DNA of 64,000 nt from Gammaproteobacteria bacterium (GTDB lineage: Bacteria > Pseudomonadota > Gammaproteobacteria > Eutrophobiales > Eutrophobiaceae), in the NCBI GenBank assembly GCA_965116495.1, contig OZ220696.1, positions 3,936,001-4,000,000 on the forward strand, in the 5' to 3' direction. Within the stretch, counting starts at the first letter, position 1. Every line of letters starts with the position of its first letter. Below the pieces are notes generated by a model. The model made no database searches and was not told the DNA's origin. It saw only the letters and a program-made list of their open reading frames with translations. The position numbers and the translations under genes are program-made. Below, piece after piece: positions 38,676 through 48,406 of the stretch.

Positions 38676-39440
38676 ATGACAACAGACTTGTTTGACCTGA
38701 CCGGCAAGATTGCGCTGGTGACCGGCGCCAGCCGGGGAATCGGAGAGGCGGCCGCCAGGCTGCTGGCGCAGCAGGGCGCCCATGTCATTATTTCCAGCCG
38801 CAAGCAGGAGGGCTGCGAGGTAGTGGCCCGGAGTATCAGGGATGAAGGCCGCCGGGCGACTGCTTATGCCTGCCACATCGGCGACCCGGAGCAAATCGAA
38901 GCAATCTTTGAGTACATCCGGCAGGAGCATGGCCGGTTGGACATTCTGGTCAACAATGCCGCGGCAAACCCCTATTACGGCCATATCACGGATACCGGTA
39001 TGGCCGCGTTTACCAAGACCGTTGAAGTCAACATACGCGGTTACTTCTTCATGTCCGCAAACGCCTGCAAGTTGATGAAGGAAAGCGGCGGGGGCGCCAT
39101 CGTCAACGTGTCATCCGTCGACGGCATCAGGCCGGGAGACAAACGGGGCATCTACTCGATTACCAAAAGCGCCATCATCCAGATGACCAAGGCGTTTGCG
39201 CTGGAGTGCGGCCCGGACAATATCCGGGTCAACGCCCTGCTGCCGGGACTGACCGAAACGAAATTCGCCGGCGCCCTGACCGAAAATGAAGAAGTTCTGA
39301 ATGCCTGGTTGCAGCATATGCCGCTGCGGCGCTATGCCCAACCCGATGAAATGGCCGGCGCCATCCTGTTCCTGGCCTCACCGGCCTCCGGCTTTGCCAC
39401 CGGTAGTATTCTCCCTGTGGACGGGGGTTACCTGATTTGA
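38676..39440 (+). CDS. Short-chain dehydrogenase/reductase
   Basis: TGASRGIG, NNAAANP, YSITK. Confidence 0.93.
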   Translation: MTTDLFDLTGKIALVTGASRGIGEAAARLLAQQGAHVIISSRKQEGCEVVARSIRDEGRRATAYACHIGDPEQIEAIFEYIRQEHGRLDILVNNAAANPYYGHITDTGMAAFTKTVEVNIRGYFFMSANACKLMKESGGGAIVNVSSVDGIRPGDKRGIYSITKSAIIQMTKAFALECGPDNIRVNALLPGLTETKFAGALTENEEVLNAWLQHMPLRRYAQPDEMAGAILFLASPASGFATGSILPVDGGYLI

Positions 39441-39452
39441 TGAGCCTCTGCC

Positions 39453-39923
39453 TTAAACCGGAGCATCCTGAATTTTGGGCGTGCTTGCCCCTACCGGGAT
39501 CTCCAGCAATTCGATGATATTGCCATCCGGGTCCCGCCCGTAGGTGAAAATGGAACCGTCTCCGAATTCCACCGGATTGCCGTTGAATTCCATGCCTGCG
39601 GTCTTGAGGCGGGCATACTCTGCCTGGATGTCATCGACGACGAAACACAGGTGGACGAGACCGTAATCACAGGCGCGGTGGCTTTGGTCGTCAGGGATCG
39701 GAGATGTAAATTCAAAAATTTCAAGAAAGACATTGCCCACTTTGACAAAGGCATAACGCGCGGCGCTGTCTTTCAGGCGGGTCATGCGATCAGCGATTTC
39801 ATTGCCTTTATTCCATGAGTGAACTTCACTGACCTGCTTGCCGCCGAGCGCGCCGCAATAAAACGACAGGCAACGTTCCAGGTCCGGGGTCGACAGGGCA
39901 ACGTGATGTAATCCGCTTATCAT
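39453..39923 (-). CDS. VOC/glyoxalase family protein
   Basis: Start at ATG 39923: MISGLHHVALS..LEIFEF..HLCF..YGRDPDGNIIEL. Confidence 0.88.
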   Translation of the reverse strand: MISGLHHVALSTPDLERCLSFYCGALGGKQVSEVHSWNKGNEIADRMTRLKDSAARYAFVKVGNVFLEIFEFTSPIPDDQSHRACDYGLVHLCFVVDDIQAEYARLKTAGMEFNGNPVEFGDGSIFTYGRDPDGNIIELLEIPVGASTPKIQDAPV

Positions 39924-39930
39924 GAGCCTG

Positions 39931-40806
39931 TCAGCTTGCGCTTGCGCGCCGCAGGCGCAGGTATTCCTGCAAGGGATCTTCCGTACTTTCAGGATCGAAA
40001 TAGGAAAATGATTCAATAAACATCCAGAACAGGTCGGCATGGGAGGAAATGCCGAGTTTCGAATATATTCTTTTTCTGTGAACCCGTTCCGTTTCCGGGG
40101 CAATGTTCAGTTCCCGCGCGGCTGCCTTGGAAGAATGGCCGCGCAGGATCAGGCCGGTAATCTCCCGCTCCCGCTCCGTCAGCACCTTGCTGCCGAAACG
40201 CATGAACGCTCCCGTCATCTGTTCGGAAATGCAGTTGGCGCTGGAGATTTCCGTCACTTTGCTGACCGACTTCGATCCCTGTGAGTGCTGGCGCGTGAGG
40301 GCGCTTACCAGGGGGGCGAGTTTATGCAACATGGCCAGTTCCACCTTGCTGAACGGCGTGGAAGGGATCTGCCGTTCAATCACCAGCCCTATCGAGAGGG
40401 ACTGGTCGATCCTGGTGAAGAACAACCCGTCATCCTCCACATGCTTCTCCGAATAATAAACCCGGTGGTATTCGGTTTCGGTGAATTCATCCGGCGCAAC
40501 GTCGTTGATGTGGTAGAAATCATCCGCACCCCCTGCCCAGATAACCTTGTTGATGTACGGACTGATAGGGTAGGCGGCCCGTAGCAGGGTCAGGTGCAGC
40601 CTGTCCCGCTCAGGGCCCGGCTGGGCGTCATACATCCGTTCCGGCGGGAGATGATCCACGTAGCGGAATACCGCCGCCTGGTCAAAAGCAACTTCACCTG
40701 CCAGCAGTTCCGTCAGCCTGCTCCAGAGGTATGCGCTCCCGATAGCCTCCACCGCATCGGCCATTTTACCGATCCGGTCTGTGTTTCGTTTCAGTGAACC
40801 AGCCAT
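39931..40806 (-). CDS. LuxR-type HTH regulator with N-terminal ligand-binding domain
   Basis: LTEREREI..GHSSKAAARELNIAPETERVHRKRIYSKL. Confidence 0.88.
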   Translation of the reverse strand: MAGSLKRNTDRIGKMADAVEAIGSAYLWSRLTELLAGEVAFDQAAVFRYVDHLPPERMYDAQPGPERDRLHLTLLRAAYPISPYINKVIWAGGADDFYHINDVAPDEFTETEYHRVYYSEKHVEDDGLFFTRIDQSLSIGLVIERQIPSTPFSKVELAMLHKLAPLVSALTRQHSQGSKSVSKVTEISSANCISEQMTGAFMRFGSKVLTEREREITGLILRGHSSKAAARELNIAPETERVHRKRIYSKLGISSHADLFWMFIESFSYFDPESTEDPLQEYLRLRRASAS

Positions 40807-41002
40807 AGTGATCAGCAGTTATTCCAGGATACCGGAAGATATTACACCGGTTATACTACCAATGGAACGTTCCAGGTTAACCCAAATGAGGTATTGCCAC
40901 ATTATCCGGGCATTTTACAGTTGGAACGGGAAAAACAACGGTCACATCACGCGGCTCAACGCTATCCGGGACATAAGCCTGTATGCCAGCAACCGACAAA
41001 AT

Positions 41003-41724
41003 AACGGCCTCGGTCATCCAGCGGCGGCTTTTTTTCATCAATGAGCAAATGGGTGAGGCGATGCTGCGCACCTATCTCGGATGCGGCTGAAACAGCTGGC
41101 GCTATCGGCGCGCGCTTTCTCCGGCTCGATGTTTCCCGGGAACAGGAGGTTGCAGGCTGTTTTCAGGAACTGGCTGCGCAACAGTCGCTGCTGGACATCG
41201 TGGTCAATAATGCGGGTATCGTGCCCGGGGACAATTTCGTGTTGACGGAGGCGGCCCGCGACGACAGCCTGCGCGGCGTATTCGAAGTGAACACCTATGG
41301 CGTATTTTACGGATTGAAACACGCCCCGGCCTGTATGCGTGATTTCGGCTCCATCATCAATACCTCATCCCTGGCCGCCCACCTGGCGCTACCGGGCAAC
41401 AGCCAGTACTCCGCCAGCAAGGCCGCCGTCGCGCAGTTCACCCGGACTTCCGCGGTGGAACTGGGACCGCGCGGCATCCGCGTCAACGCGGTCTGCCCTT
41501 CGTTCATACGCACCGATATGGGAGGCGGGGAACTGGGAGAAAACATGTCGGCGGAACTCACTGCCCTGGGAAGGATTGGCGAAGTGGAGGACCTGGTGGG
41601 TTTGTATCATTTTCTGGCTGCCGATGAGAGCCGCTTTATCAGCGGCCAGGTCTTCAACGTGGATGGTGGCTGGACGGCCGGTGTCAGCATGGGTTTGATG
41701 AGCAGGTACCAGGAATTTGAATAA
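41003..41724 (+). pseudogene. SDR with degenerate N-terminus
   Basis: NNAG and YSASK are intact but the ORF lacks TGxxxGxG. A decayed NGLG remnant lies upstream in another frame, ending in a stop. Confidence 0.65.
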
Positions 41725-42518
41725 TGCGCGGCCTGCCGGACAAGGTGATCATCGTTACCGGCGCCGGCAGCCCCGGGGGCATGGGCCAGGCTGCGGTATT
41801 GAAAGTTGCCGAATACGGCGCCCACGTGGCCGTGTCGGACCTGGCGCACGCCAAAAGCCGGCTGGATGAACTGGTTGACCGGCTTGAGGTTATGGGGCGG
41901 CGCGCCCTGGCGCTCACCTGTGACGTGACGGATGATGACGCTATCCGCGCCTGCATTGACGGGGTCATGGGTGAATTCGGCAGGATAGACGGTCTTTTCA
42001 ATAACGCGGGTTGTGGAAACATGTCGCTTTTTCTGCATACGGACCTGGAAGAATACGACCGGATGTTCGCCATCAATACCCGCAGTATCGCTTCTTTCAT
42101 GCAGGCCGTCATCCCCCACATGAAAGCATCGGGCGGCGGCGCCGTCGTCAATAATGCTTCCCTGGGCGGGATTTACGCCAGCACCCACTTATCCGCCTAC
42201 GAAACGTCAAAGTTCGCCTTGGTTGGCTTGAGCAAATCGGTGGCGCTGGAAGTCGGCGCCGACAATATCCGGGTGAACCTGGTATGCCCCGGCGCGATTG
42301 ATACGGAAATGGGCGCGAAGATGCCCGTCTACTATGCGGAACATACCGGGGTCTCCGAAGAACAGTCCTACAAGGCAATTGCCAAAGACGCCGCCTTGGG
42401 GAGATGGGGCCGGCCGGAAGAAGTGGCGGAGGTGGTGGCCTTCCTGCTGAGCGACCTGTCCAGTTACATGACCGGCGCCGCCGTACCGGTCAGCGGCGGT
42501 TCACCGCAATCGCTATAA
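41724..42518 (+). CDS. Short-chain dehydrogenase/reductase
   Basis: TGAGSPGGMG, NNAG, YETSK. Confidence 0.9.
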   Translation: MRGLPDKVIIVTGAGSPGGMGQAAVLKVAEYGAHVAVSDLAHAKSRLDELVDRLEVMGRRALALTCDVTDDDAIRACIDGVMGEFGRIDGLFNNAGCGNMSLFLHTDLEEYDRMFAINTRSIASFMQAVIPHMKASGGGAVVNNASLGGIYASTHLSAYETSKFALVGLSKSVALEVGADNIRVNLVCPGAIDTEMGAKMPVYYAEHTGVSEEQSYKAIAKDAALGRWGRPEEVAEVVAFLLSDLSSYMTGAAVPVSGGSPQSL

Positions 42519-42637
42519 ATCAGATCGGGCCTGTTACGTCCAGATTAATCAGACTGTCATCACATGCCTGGAATGACTACGGCAGGCAGCTATCTCGTGA
42601 CATTGTTAATCGATTGTAATCTCTGTATACTTTCATT

Positions 42638-42874
42638 ATGTCAAGGACGAGACACCCGAAAAGGGAAGTTGAGGAAGCACTGGTTTATGCAGAAGCAGCG
42701 GGGTGGACAGTCAATACTACAAAATCTGGCCATCGGTGGGGTGTGATCCGCTGTGTGGAATCCAGCCGTTCGGGCTGTCAGTATTCTATCTGGTCTACGC
42801 CCCGAAATCCACACAATCATGCCAGGCATCTACTACGAATGGTGCATAAATGCCCACACCAGAGTGGACCTTAG
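42638..42874 (+). CDS. Small HicA-like putative toxin
   Basis: HPKREVEEAL.YAE..GW...GHRWG..C..C..SIWSTP.N pattern; toxin-first two-gene unit. Confidence 0.55.
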   Translation: MSRTRHPKREVEEALVYAEAAGWTVNTTKSGHRWGVIRCVESSRSGCQYSIWSTPRNPHNHARHLLRMVHKCPHQSGP

Positions 42875-42887
42875 AGGAGTACACGTG

Positions 42888-43208
42888 ATGCAGACCCACC
42901 ACTTTACACTGATTATCGAAGGCCCGGACATGCAGGAAGAGGCAATCATCGATACTCTCTTCGAGAATGGCTGTGATGATGGGACGATTGGTCGGTCAGA
43001 TGGCATTCAATTCATCGTATTCGATCGTGAGGCAGTGAGTTTTGCTGACGCGGTGCAGTCAGCTGTCGACGATATTGAATGTATTCCAGGGCTGAAGATT
43101 GTTAGCATCGCTGATGCTGACCAGGCTCTTGATCCCAATCAAGTGCTTGATCCAACTCTCAGCAGGCCGTCAGACCGCCGTCCAGCACGATTGACGCCCC
43201 GTTCATAA
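42888..43208 (+). CDS. Acidic putative antitoxin (GCDD/FDREA, HicB-like), no C-terminal HTH
   Basis: RBS GAGGAG; MQTHHFTLII..LFENGCDDG..FDREAVSFADAVQSA. Confidence 0.55.
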   Translation: MQTHHFTLIIEGPDMQEEAIIDTLFENGCDDGTIGRSDGIQFIVFDREAVSFADAVQSAVDDIECIPGLKIVSIADADQALDPNQVLDPTLSRPSDRRPARLTPRS

Positions 43209-43914
43209 AGCTGTTCTGTTCCGAACACAGCCATAGGATGGCGTCCACCACCTCGTCAGGCTGCGCCATGCGCTTTAACGGTATGCGATCAGTCATGCGG
43301 CTCTCCATACCTTCATCTCCGGCGCGCAACATTCCGGCGACCAGCGGGGTGGGCGAGTAACCCGGGCACAGCGCATTGACGCGCACTCCTTTCCGGCCGT
43401 ACTCCACCGCGGCCGTACGCGTCAGGCCGACCACGCCATGCTTGCTGGCGCAGTAAGGTCCCAGCATGGGCGCGCCCAGTACCCCGGCAACGGACGCGAT
43501 ATTGAGTATCATCCCTGTTCCCTGTTCCAGCATCTGCCGTATCTCGCGCTTCATGCACAGGAAAACACCGGTCAGGTTGACTTCGAGGACCCGGGACCAC
43601 AGTTCATCATCACAGTCCGCCAGCGGACGTTGCTCATGGGCTATACCGGCGTTGTTAACGGCGACGTCAATCCTGCCGAACCGTTCAATGACCGCGTCAA
43701 TGAAACGGTCTAACTGTGCCGCTTTGCTGACGTCACAGGGAAACATGAGGTGTTCTCTGCCAAGTTCTCCGGCCAGGTTGTGCAGGGCGGAATCGTTGAC
43801 GTCACATAATGCCAGCGTATCGCCCTGGTCCGCAAACCGCCTGGCCGCCAGCCGGCCGAAACCGGAACCCGCGCCGGTAAGCAATACGACCCTGGCGGCG
43901 CCGGCTTCAGGCAT
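43159..43914 (-). CDS. Short-chain dehydrogenase/reductase
   Basis: TGAGSGFG, NNAG, YCASKHG. Confidence 0.92.
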   Translation of the reverse strand: MPEAGAARVVLLTGAGSGFGRLAARRFADQGDTLALCDVNDSALHNLAGELGREHLMFPCDVSKAAQLDRFIDAVIERFGRIDVAVNNAGIAHEQRPLADCDDELWSRVLEVNLTGVFLCMKREIRQMLEQGTGMILNIASVAGVLGAPMLGPYCASKHGVVGLTRTAAVEYGRKGVRVNALCPGYSPTPLVAGMLRAGDEGMESRMTDRIPLKRMAQPDEVVDAILWLCSEQNSFMNGASIVLDGGLTAC

Positions 43915-44144
43915 TTTCCGTACCGTATCCGGCTGCGGGAAACGCGGTCAATATTTTCGTCACGGTCAAAATCATCTTTACCCGGGTCAGGCGGTTTACC
44001 GGCCCAGTCTACCAGAATAGTAATGCCGGACGCGAGGGTTGCAATTAACTCAAATGAGGTATAGGAAAAGCGGCGTTTTCTTACGAAAATCAACAATTAG
44101 GTTTTCTTTGCGCGTTTACAGGTTAACAGACGGGGGATCAATCA

Positions 44145-46502
44145 ATGACACCAAGACCGTATTTCAGGCTGACAAACACATTTTCGGCCATTGCCCTGGC
44201 TTCCATCATTTTCGCAACTCCGGCATCCGCCGCGCTGCTGGAAGAGGTCATAGTGACCGCGCAGAAGCGCCAGCAGGACGCCCAGGACGTGGGGATCGCG
44301 ATCAGTTCATTCTCCAATACGCAAATGCGATCATTGGGCGTGACCGATGCGGCTGACCTCGCCGACCTCACTTCCGGCGTAACCATCAATATGGAATACG
44401 GCACCGCGCCGTTGTTTGCCATCCGCGGCGTCAGTGTCAACGACTTCGCGGCAACGACCCCGCCGGCAGCCGCCGTGTACCTGGACGGCGTGTACAAGGC
44501 GTCCAATATCAACAGCGGCCCGCAGATGTTTGACATGGAGAGGGTCGAAATCCTGAAGGGACCGCAAGGCACACTCTGGGGCCGCAATACAACCGGCGGC
44601 GCGGTCAGTATTACCAGCGTCAAACCCTCCCAGGAAAGCGATGGTTTTATCGAGGTTGGATACGGCACCCATGATCACATACAGGTTGAGGGCGCAATCG
44701 GCGCCGGCTTGACGGATACCCTGGCCACCAGGCTGTCGTTCCGTTATATGGAAAGTGACGGGGCCTTTGATTCGGTGACGAACGGTGAACACGGCGCCCT
44801 TGACAACGTGGCGCTCAGGGGGCAGTTGCTGCTTGAGACGGGCAACTTTACCGGCCAGCTCATCGCGCATTATGCGCAGGACAAGGGCGAGATAGAGCCC
44901 ACGGTCGCCTATATTCTGGGAAGCTGCAGCCCGGCAGCCGGTATCGTGACGACCATTGGCGGCGTTCCCGTGGCAGGTGATCCTGAACATCCTTCCTGCG
45001 GCAACAGCACCAAGGCCACGAATCCGTTTGACGACACCGTGTCGACAGACTGGGACTCGGATAAAAATAACAAGTTCTACGGCGTGACCCTGAAGCTGGG
45101 TTGGGATATCGGCAGCAATATGAGCATTCATTCCATCAGCGCCTATGACGGTTTTGAACGTCTTGACGGCCTGGATTTCGAGGGAACGGCCACCATTTAC
45201 GGGCGCCAGATATACGACCAGGAGTTTGACCAGTTCAGCCAGGAACTGCGCCTGGAAGGCCAGTTGGACAACGGGTTCTGGTTGCTGGGCTATTACTTTG
45301 ACAACAGTGAGATCAAGGACCCGGCGAACCTTACCCCGGTCGGCGCGACTTATGACTCGATACCCCCTGATTTCAATGCCGTACTCACAGGCGCGCCGCT
45401 GCAACCGGGTGACGGCAGCAGTAGTTACTTCGGCGGGTTCCCGTTTGACCTCGAAACTTTCCAGGAGACCACGGTCCACGCTGCTTTCGCGCACGTGGAA
45501 TACGGCATTGCGGAAAACCTGAGACTCATCGGCGGTGTGCGTTACGAAGATGAAAAGAAGAAGGGCAGGCACGCCGACCTGACCGCGTTACCCGGCGCCG
45601 GCCCGGTCAATGACGCGATCGGCGTGGCCTTTGGCGGAAACCGGGCCGAACAGGAAACGTCTTTCGAAGATGTTTCCTGGAAGGTGGGTCTGAACTACCT
45701 GCCAAGCGCGGACATGATGCTCTACGGCACCTATTCGGTCGGGGTCAAGAGCGGCGGCACCGACCAGGCTTTTGCCGGGTTCAACAACCCTCCGTTCGGC
45801 AAGGAAACACTCAAGGCGCTGGAAGGCGGCATCAAGTGGGACATTACGGACAGCTTCCGCTTCAATGCCAGCGCCTACTGGTATGACTACGAGGATATGG
45901 TGCAGCGGTTTTCCGTTTACATCACCAATGAATTCGGGGATCCGGTCGGTGCCGAGCGGCTGGATAACGTCGAGGCTGCCGACGTGTACGGCCTGGACCT
46001 GGAGCTGACCTTTGCACCGGCAGAGGGCCTGGAGTTTCTGGCTACCGCTACCTTCCTCGACACGGAAGTGGATGATAAAGTGGCCAGTGCGGGCATCATC
46101 GATACCGACGGCAGCGGCGGACCAAGCGCCGGCGATACCGTCGTGTCCATCGACGGCAATGAACTGCCGTTCGCGCCCGATTTCTCACTCACCGGTGTGG
46201 CCCGTTACCTCATGCAACTGGATAATGACTACAGTGTGAGTTTGCAGATGAGCGTCAGCCATACCTCCGACCATTTCATCTCCATTGAAAACGTGCCTTT
46301 TGAAGAGCAGGACCATACCAAGTTGGGCGCGCATGTCGCCTTGATGGGACCGGGAGACAAGTGGTCGCTTTCCGTCACGGGGACAAACCTGACCAATGAA
46401 TTTCACGCGATAAACGGTTTCCCGTCAGGACTGGGCGGCCGCGGTTACTATATCAATACCCCGCGTACCGTCATAGGCAGGTTGAGCTACAACTTTTTCT
46501 GA
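44145..46502 (+). CDS. TonB-dependent receptor
   Basis: Signal peptide, LEEVIVTAQKR, EILKGPQGTLWGRN, C-terminal Phe. Confidence 0.93.
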   Translation: MTPRPYFRLTNTFSAIALASIIFATPASAALLEEVIVTAQKRQQDAQDVGIAISSFSNTQMRSLGVTDAADLADLTSGVTINMEYGTAPLFAIRGVSVNDFAATTPPAAAVYLDGVYKASNINSGPQMFDMERVEILKGPQGTLWGRNTTGGAVSITSVKPSQESDGFIEVGYGTHDHIQVEGAIGAGLTDTLATRLSFRYMESDGAFDSVTNGEHGALDNVALRGQLLLETGNFTGQLIAHYAQDKGEIEPTVAYILGSCSPAAGIVTTIGGVPVAGDPEHPSCGNSTKATNPFDDTVSTDWDSDKNNKFYGVTLKLGWDIGSNMSIHSISAYDGFERLDGLDFEGTATIYGRQIYDQEFDQFSQELRLEGQLDNGFWLLGYYFDNSEIKDPANLTPVGATYDSIPPDFNAVLTGAPLQPGDGSSSYFGGFPFDLETFQETTVHAAFAHVEYGIAENLRLIGGVRYEDEKKKGRHADLTALPGAGPVNDAIGVAFGGNRAEQETSFEDVSWKVGLNYLPSADMMLYGTYSVGVKSGGTDQAFAGFNNPPFGKETLKALEGGIKWDITDSFRFNASAYWYDYEDMVQRFSVYITNEFGDPVGAERLDNVEAADVYGLDLELTFAPAEGLEFLATATFLDTEVDDKVASAGIIDTDGSGGPSAGDTVVSIDGNELPFAPDFSLTGVARYLMQLDNDYSVSLQMSVSHTSDHFISIENVPFEEQDHTKLGAHVALMGPGDKWSLSVTGTNLTNEFHAINGFPSGLGGRGYYINTPRTVIGRLSYNFF

Positions 46503-46524
46503 CAGGAACTGCTTCAGTAAAGTG

Positions 46525-46556
46525 AAAAAACCGCCGTTTCAAACGGCGGTTTTTTT
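46525..46556. terminator. Bidirectional intrinsic terminator
   Basis: A6-CCGCCGTTT C AAACGGCGG-T7 between convergent genes. Confidence 0.88.
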
Positions 46557-46579
46557 ATGGGACCGCCGGTTGTCCTTGA

Positions 46580-47998
46580 TCATTCCGTTATCACCTGCCC
46601 GTCACGGACCAGCTCACCGGTTACCTTATCTACCGCTTTACCGGTTAATTCAATGATCCGGTCAATGTCTGCGGGATTGACGATCAGGGGTGGGGCGAAG
46701 CCGAGAATATCCCCATGGGGCATGGCCCGGGCGATCAGCCCTTGCTCCAGGCAGGCTGCGGCAACCCGGGGTCCGACCTTCAGGGCGGCGTCAAAACGCT
46801 GTTTTTTTGACTTGTCGGCTACAAACTCCAGCGCGCCGAGCAGACCCTCCCCGCGCGCTTCGCCAACCAGGGGGTGGCCGCTAAAGGTCTCGCGCAGGCG
46901 CTGCTGGAAGTAGGCGCCGGTTTTCAAGGCGTTTGCTACGATGTCTTCCTGTTCCAGAATTTCCAGGTTGGCGATACCGGCCGCCATGGCCAGGGCATGG
47001 GCGGAATAGGTCCAGCCATGACCGATGGGGCCGAACTGTTCGGATCCCTGCTCGAGCACATTCCAGACCTTGTCGCCGACGATCACGCCGGACAGGGGCA
47101 GGTAACCGCTGGTCAGTCCCTTGGCGATGGTGATGAGGTCCGGTTCAATGCCGTAGCGTTCACAGCCGAAGTCATGTCCGATGCGGCCGAAGGCGGTAAC
47201 CACCTCGTCGGCAATCAACAGGATATCGTACTTTTTGAGCACTGGCTGTATGGCAGACCAGTAGCCCTCGGGAGGCGGTATGATACCGCCCGTACCCATT
47301 ACCGGTTCGCCGATGAACGCGGCAACCGTGTCCGGCCTTTCGGCGAGGATCAGTTTTTCCAGCTCTGCGGCGCAGTATCGTGAAAACGCCTGCTCATCCA
47401 TGCCGTCTTCAGCGCCGTAGTAATAATGTGGTGTTACGGTATGTTTGACTACATCCAGAGGCAGGTTGAAATGATTGTGAAACACGGGCAGGCCGGTCAT
47501 ACTGCCGGTCATGATCCCGGAACCGTGATAACCGCGCAGGCGCGAGATTATCTTGCGTCTTTGCGGGCGTCCGAGCACATTGTTGTAGTACCAGACCAGC
47601 TTGAGCTGGGTTTCATTGGCGTCGGAGCCGGACATACCGTAATAGACCTTGCTCATGCCGTCGGGGGCCATTTCAATAATCCGCCTGGACAGGTCGATAA
47701 CAACCTCGCTGGAATGGCCTACATAGGTGTGGTAGTAGGCCAGCTTTTTTGCCTGGGCATGGATAGCATCGGCGATTTCCATGCGGCCGTAACCGACGTT
47801 GACGCAATACAACCCGGCAAAAGCATCCAGCAGTGTATTGCCCTTGTTATCCCGGATATGAATTCCGTTCCCGGAATCGATAATGCGCGGCGTGCCCAGG
47901 GCGCCGCTGGCATGGGCTTTCAGGTCGGTAGAGGCATGGAATACCGTCTGCCGGTCCAGTTCCTCCAGGCTCAGGTTGTTGTCAAATTGCTTGGGCAT
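46580..47998 (-). CDS. doeD: Class III aminotransferase, L-2,4-diaminobutyrate transaminase (DoeD)-like
   Basis: FHAST, YYHTYVGHS, KVYYGMSGSDANETQLK, GPIGHGWTYS, IARAMP.GDILGFAPP match recalled DoeD of ectoine catabolism. Confidence 0.7.
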   Translation of the reverse strand: MPKQFDNNLSLEELDRQTVFHASTDLKAHASGALGTPRIIDSGNGIHIRDNKGNTLLDAFAGLYCVNVGYGRMEIADAIHAQAKKLAYYHTYVGHSSEVVIDLSRRIIEMAPDGMSKVYYGMSGSDANETQLKLVWYYNNVLGRPQRRKIISRLRGYHGSGIMTGSMTGLPVFHNHFNLPLDVVKHTVTPHYYYGAEDGMDEQAFSRYCAAELEKLILAERPDTVAAFIGEPVMGTGGIIPPPEGYWSAIQPVLKKYDILLIADEVVTAFGRIGHDFGCERYGIEPDLITIAKGLTSGYLPLSGVIVGDKVWNVLEQGSEQFGPIGHGWTYSAHALAMAAGIANLEILEQEDIVANALKTGAYFQQRLRETFSGHPLVGEARGEGLLGALEFVADKSKKQRFDAALKVGPRVAAACLEQGLIARAMPHGDILGFAPPLIVNPADIDRIIELTGKAVDKVTGELVRDGQVITE

Positions 47999-48406
47999 GA
48001 TCGGTTCCCTGGTTACGGGTTATCGAGATAATTATGTCATTTACTGCTTGCTTTTCATAGCAAACGGAGTGTCAGGGATGAATGCCAACAGCCTGGAACG
48101 TGCATTTTTCCGCTTCCGCTATAGACACCCGCCAATGGAATGTGGTATAAGTCCGCTCCTTGACGCAATACTGCATTTGCGGACTGGTAAACGGAATGAC
48201 AGTCCGTGTCTTCTTGAGGGTGATGCCCTGGAAATCCCTGTATTGAACTGCAAAGCGATTTGCCCGGCTTTGACGTAGATTGATATTCGGCAGTTTCGAA
48301 GTATCAACCTGTTACGTTGCCCCCATGGAAACGGCTACATAGTACGCCGTCTCGACCAGCCAGATCGCACTGAATTCTATAATATTAATACCTGGAGAGA
48401 GTGACT

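Noticed and set aside
44331-45572. 413-aa antisense ORF (and similar ones, e.g. 18531-19346, 35878-36618, 49621-50328, 51755-52483)
   Set aside because: Shadow ORFs opposite well-supported genes in GC-rich codon contexts; no recognisable motifs.
48120-48400. Riboswitch or sRNA in the long sgaA leader
   Set aside because: A possible promoter (TAGACA-18-TATAAG) and a short hairpin exist, but I recognise no glycine, THF or ZTP aptamer consensus; an Rfam/Infernal scan would be needed.
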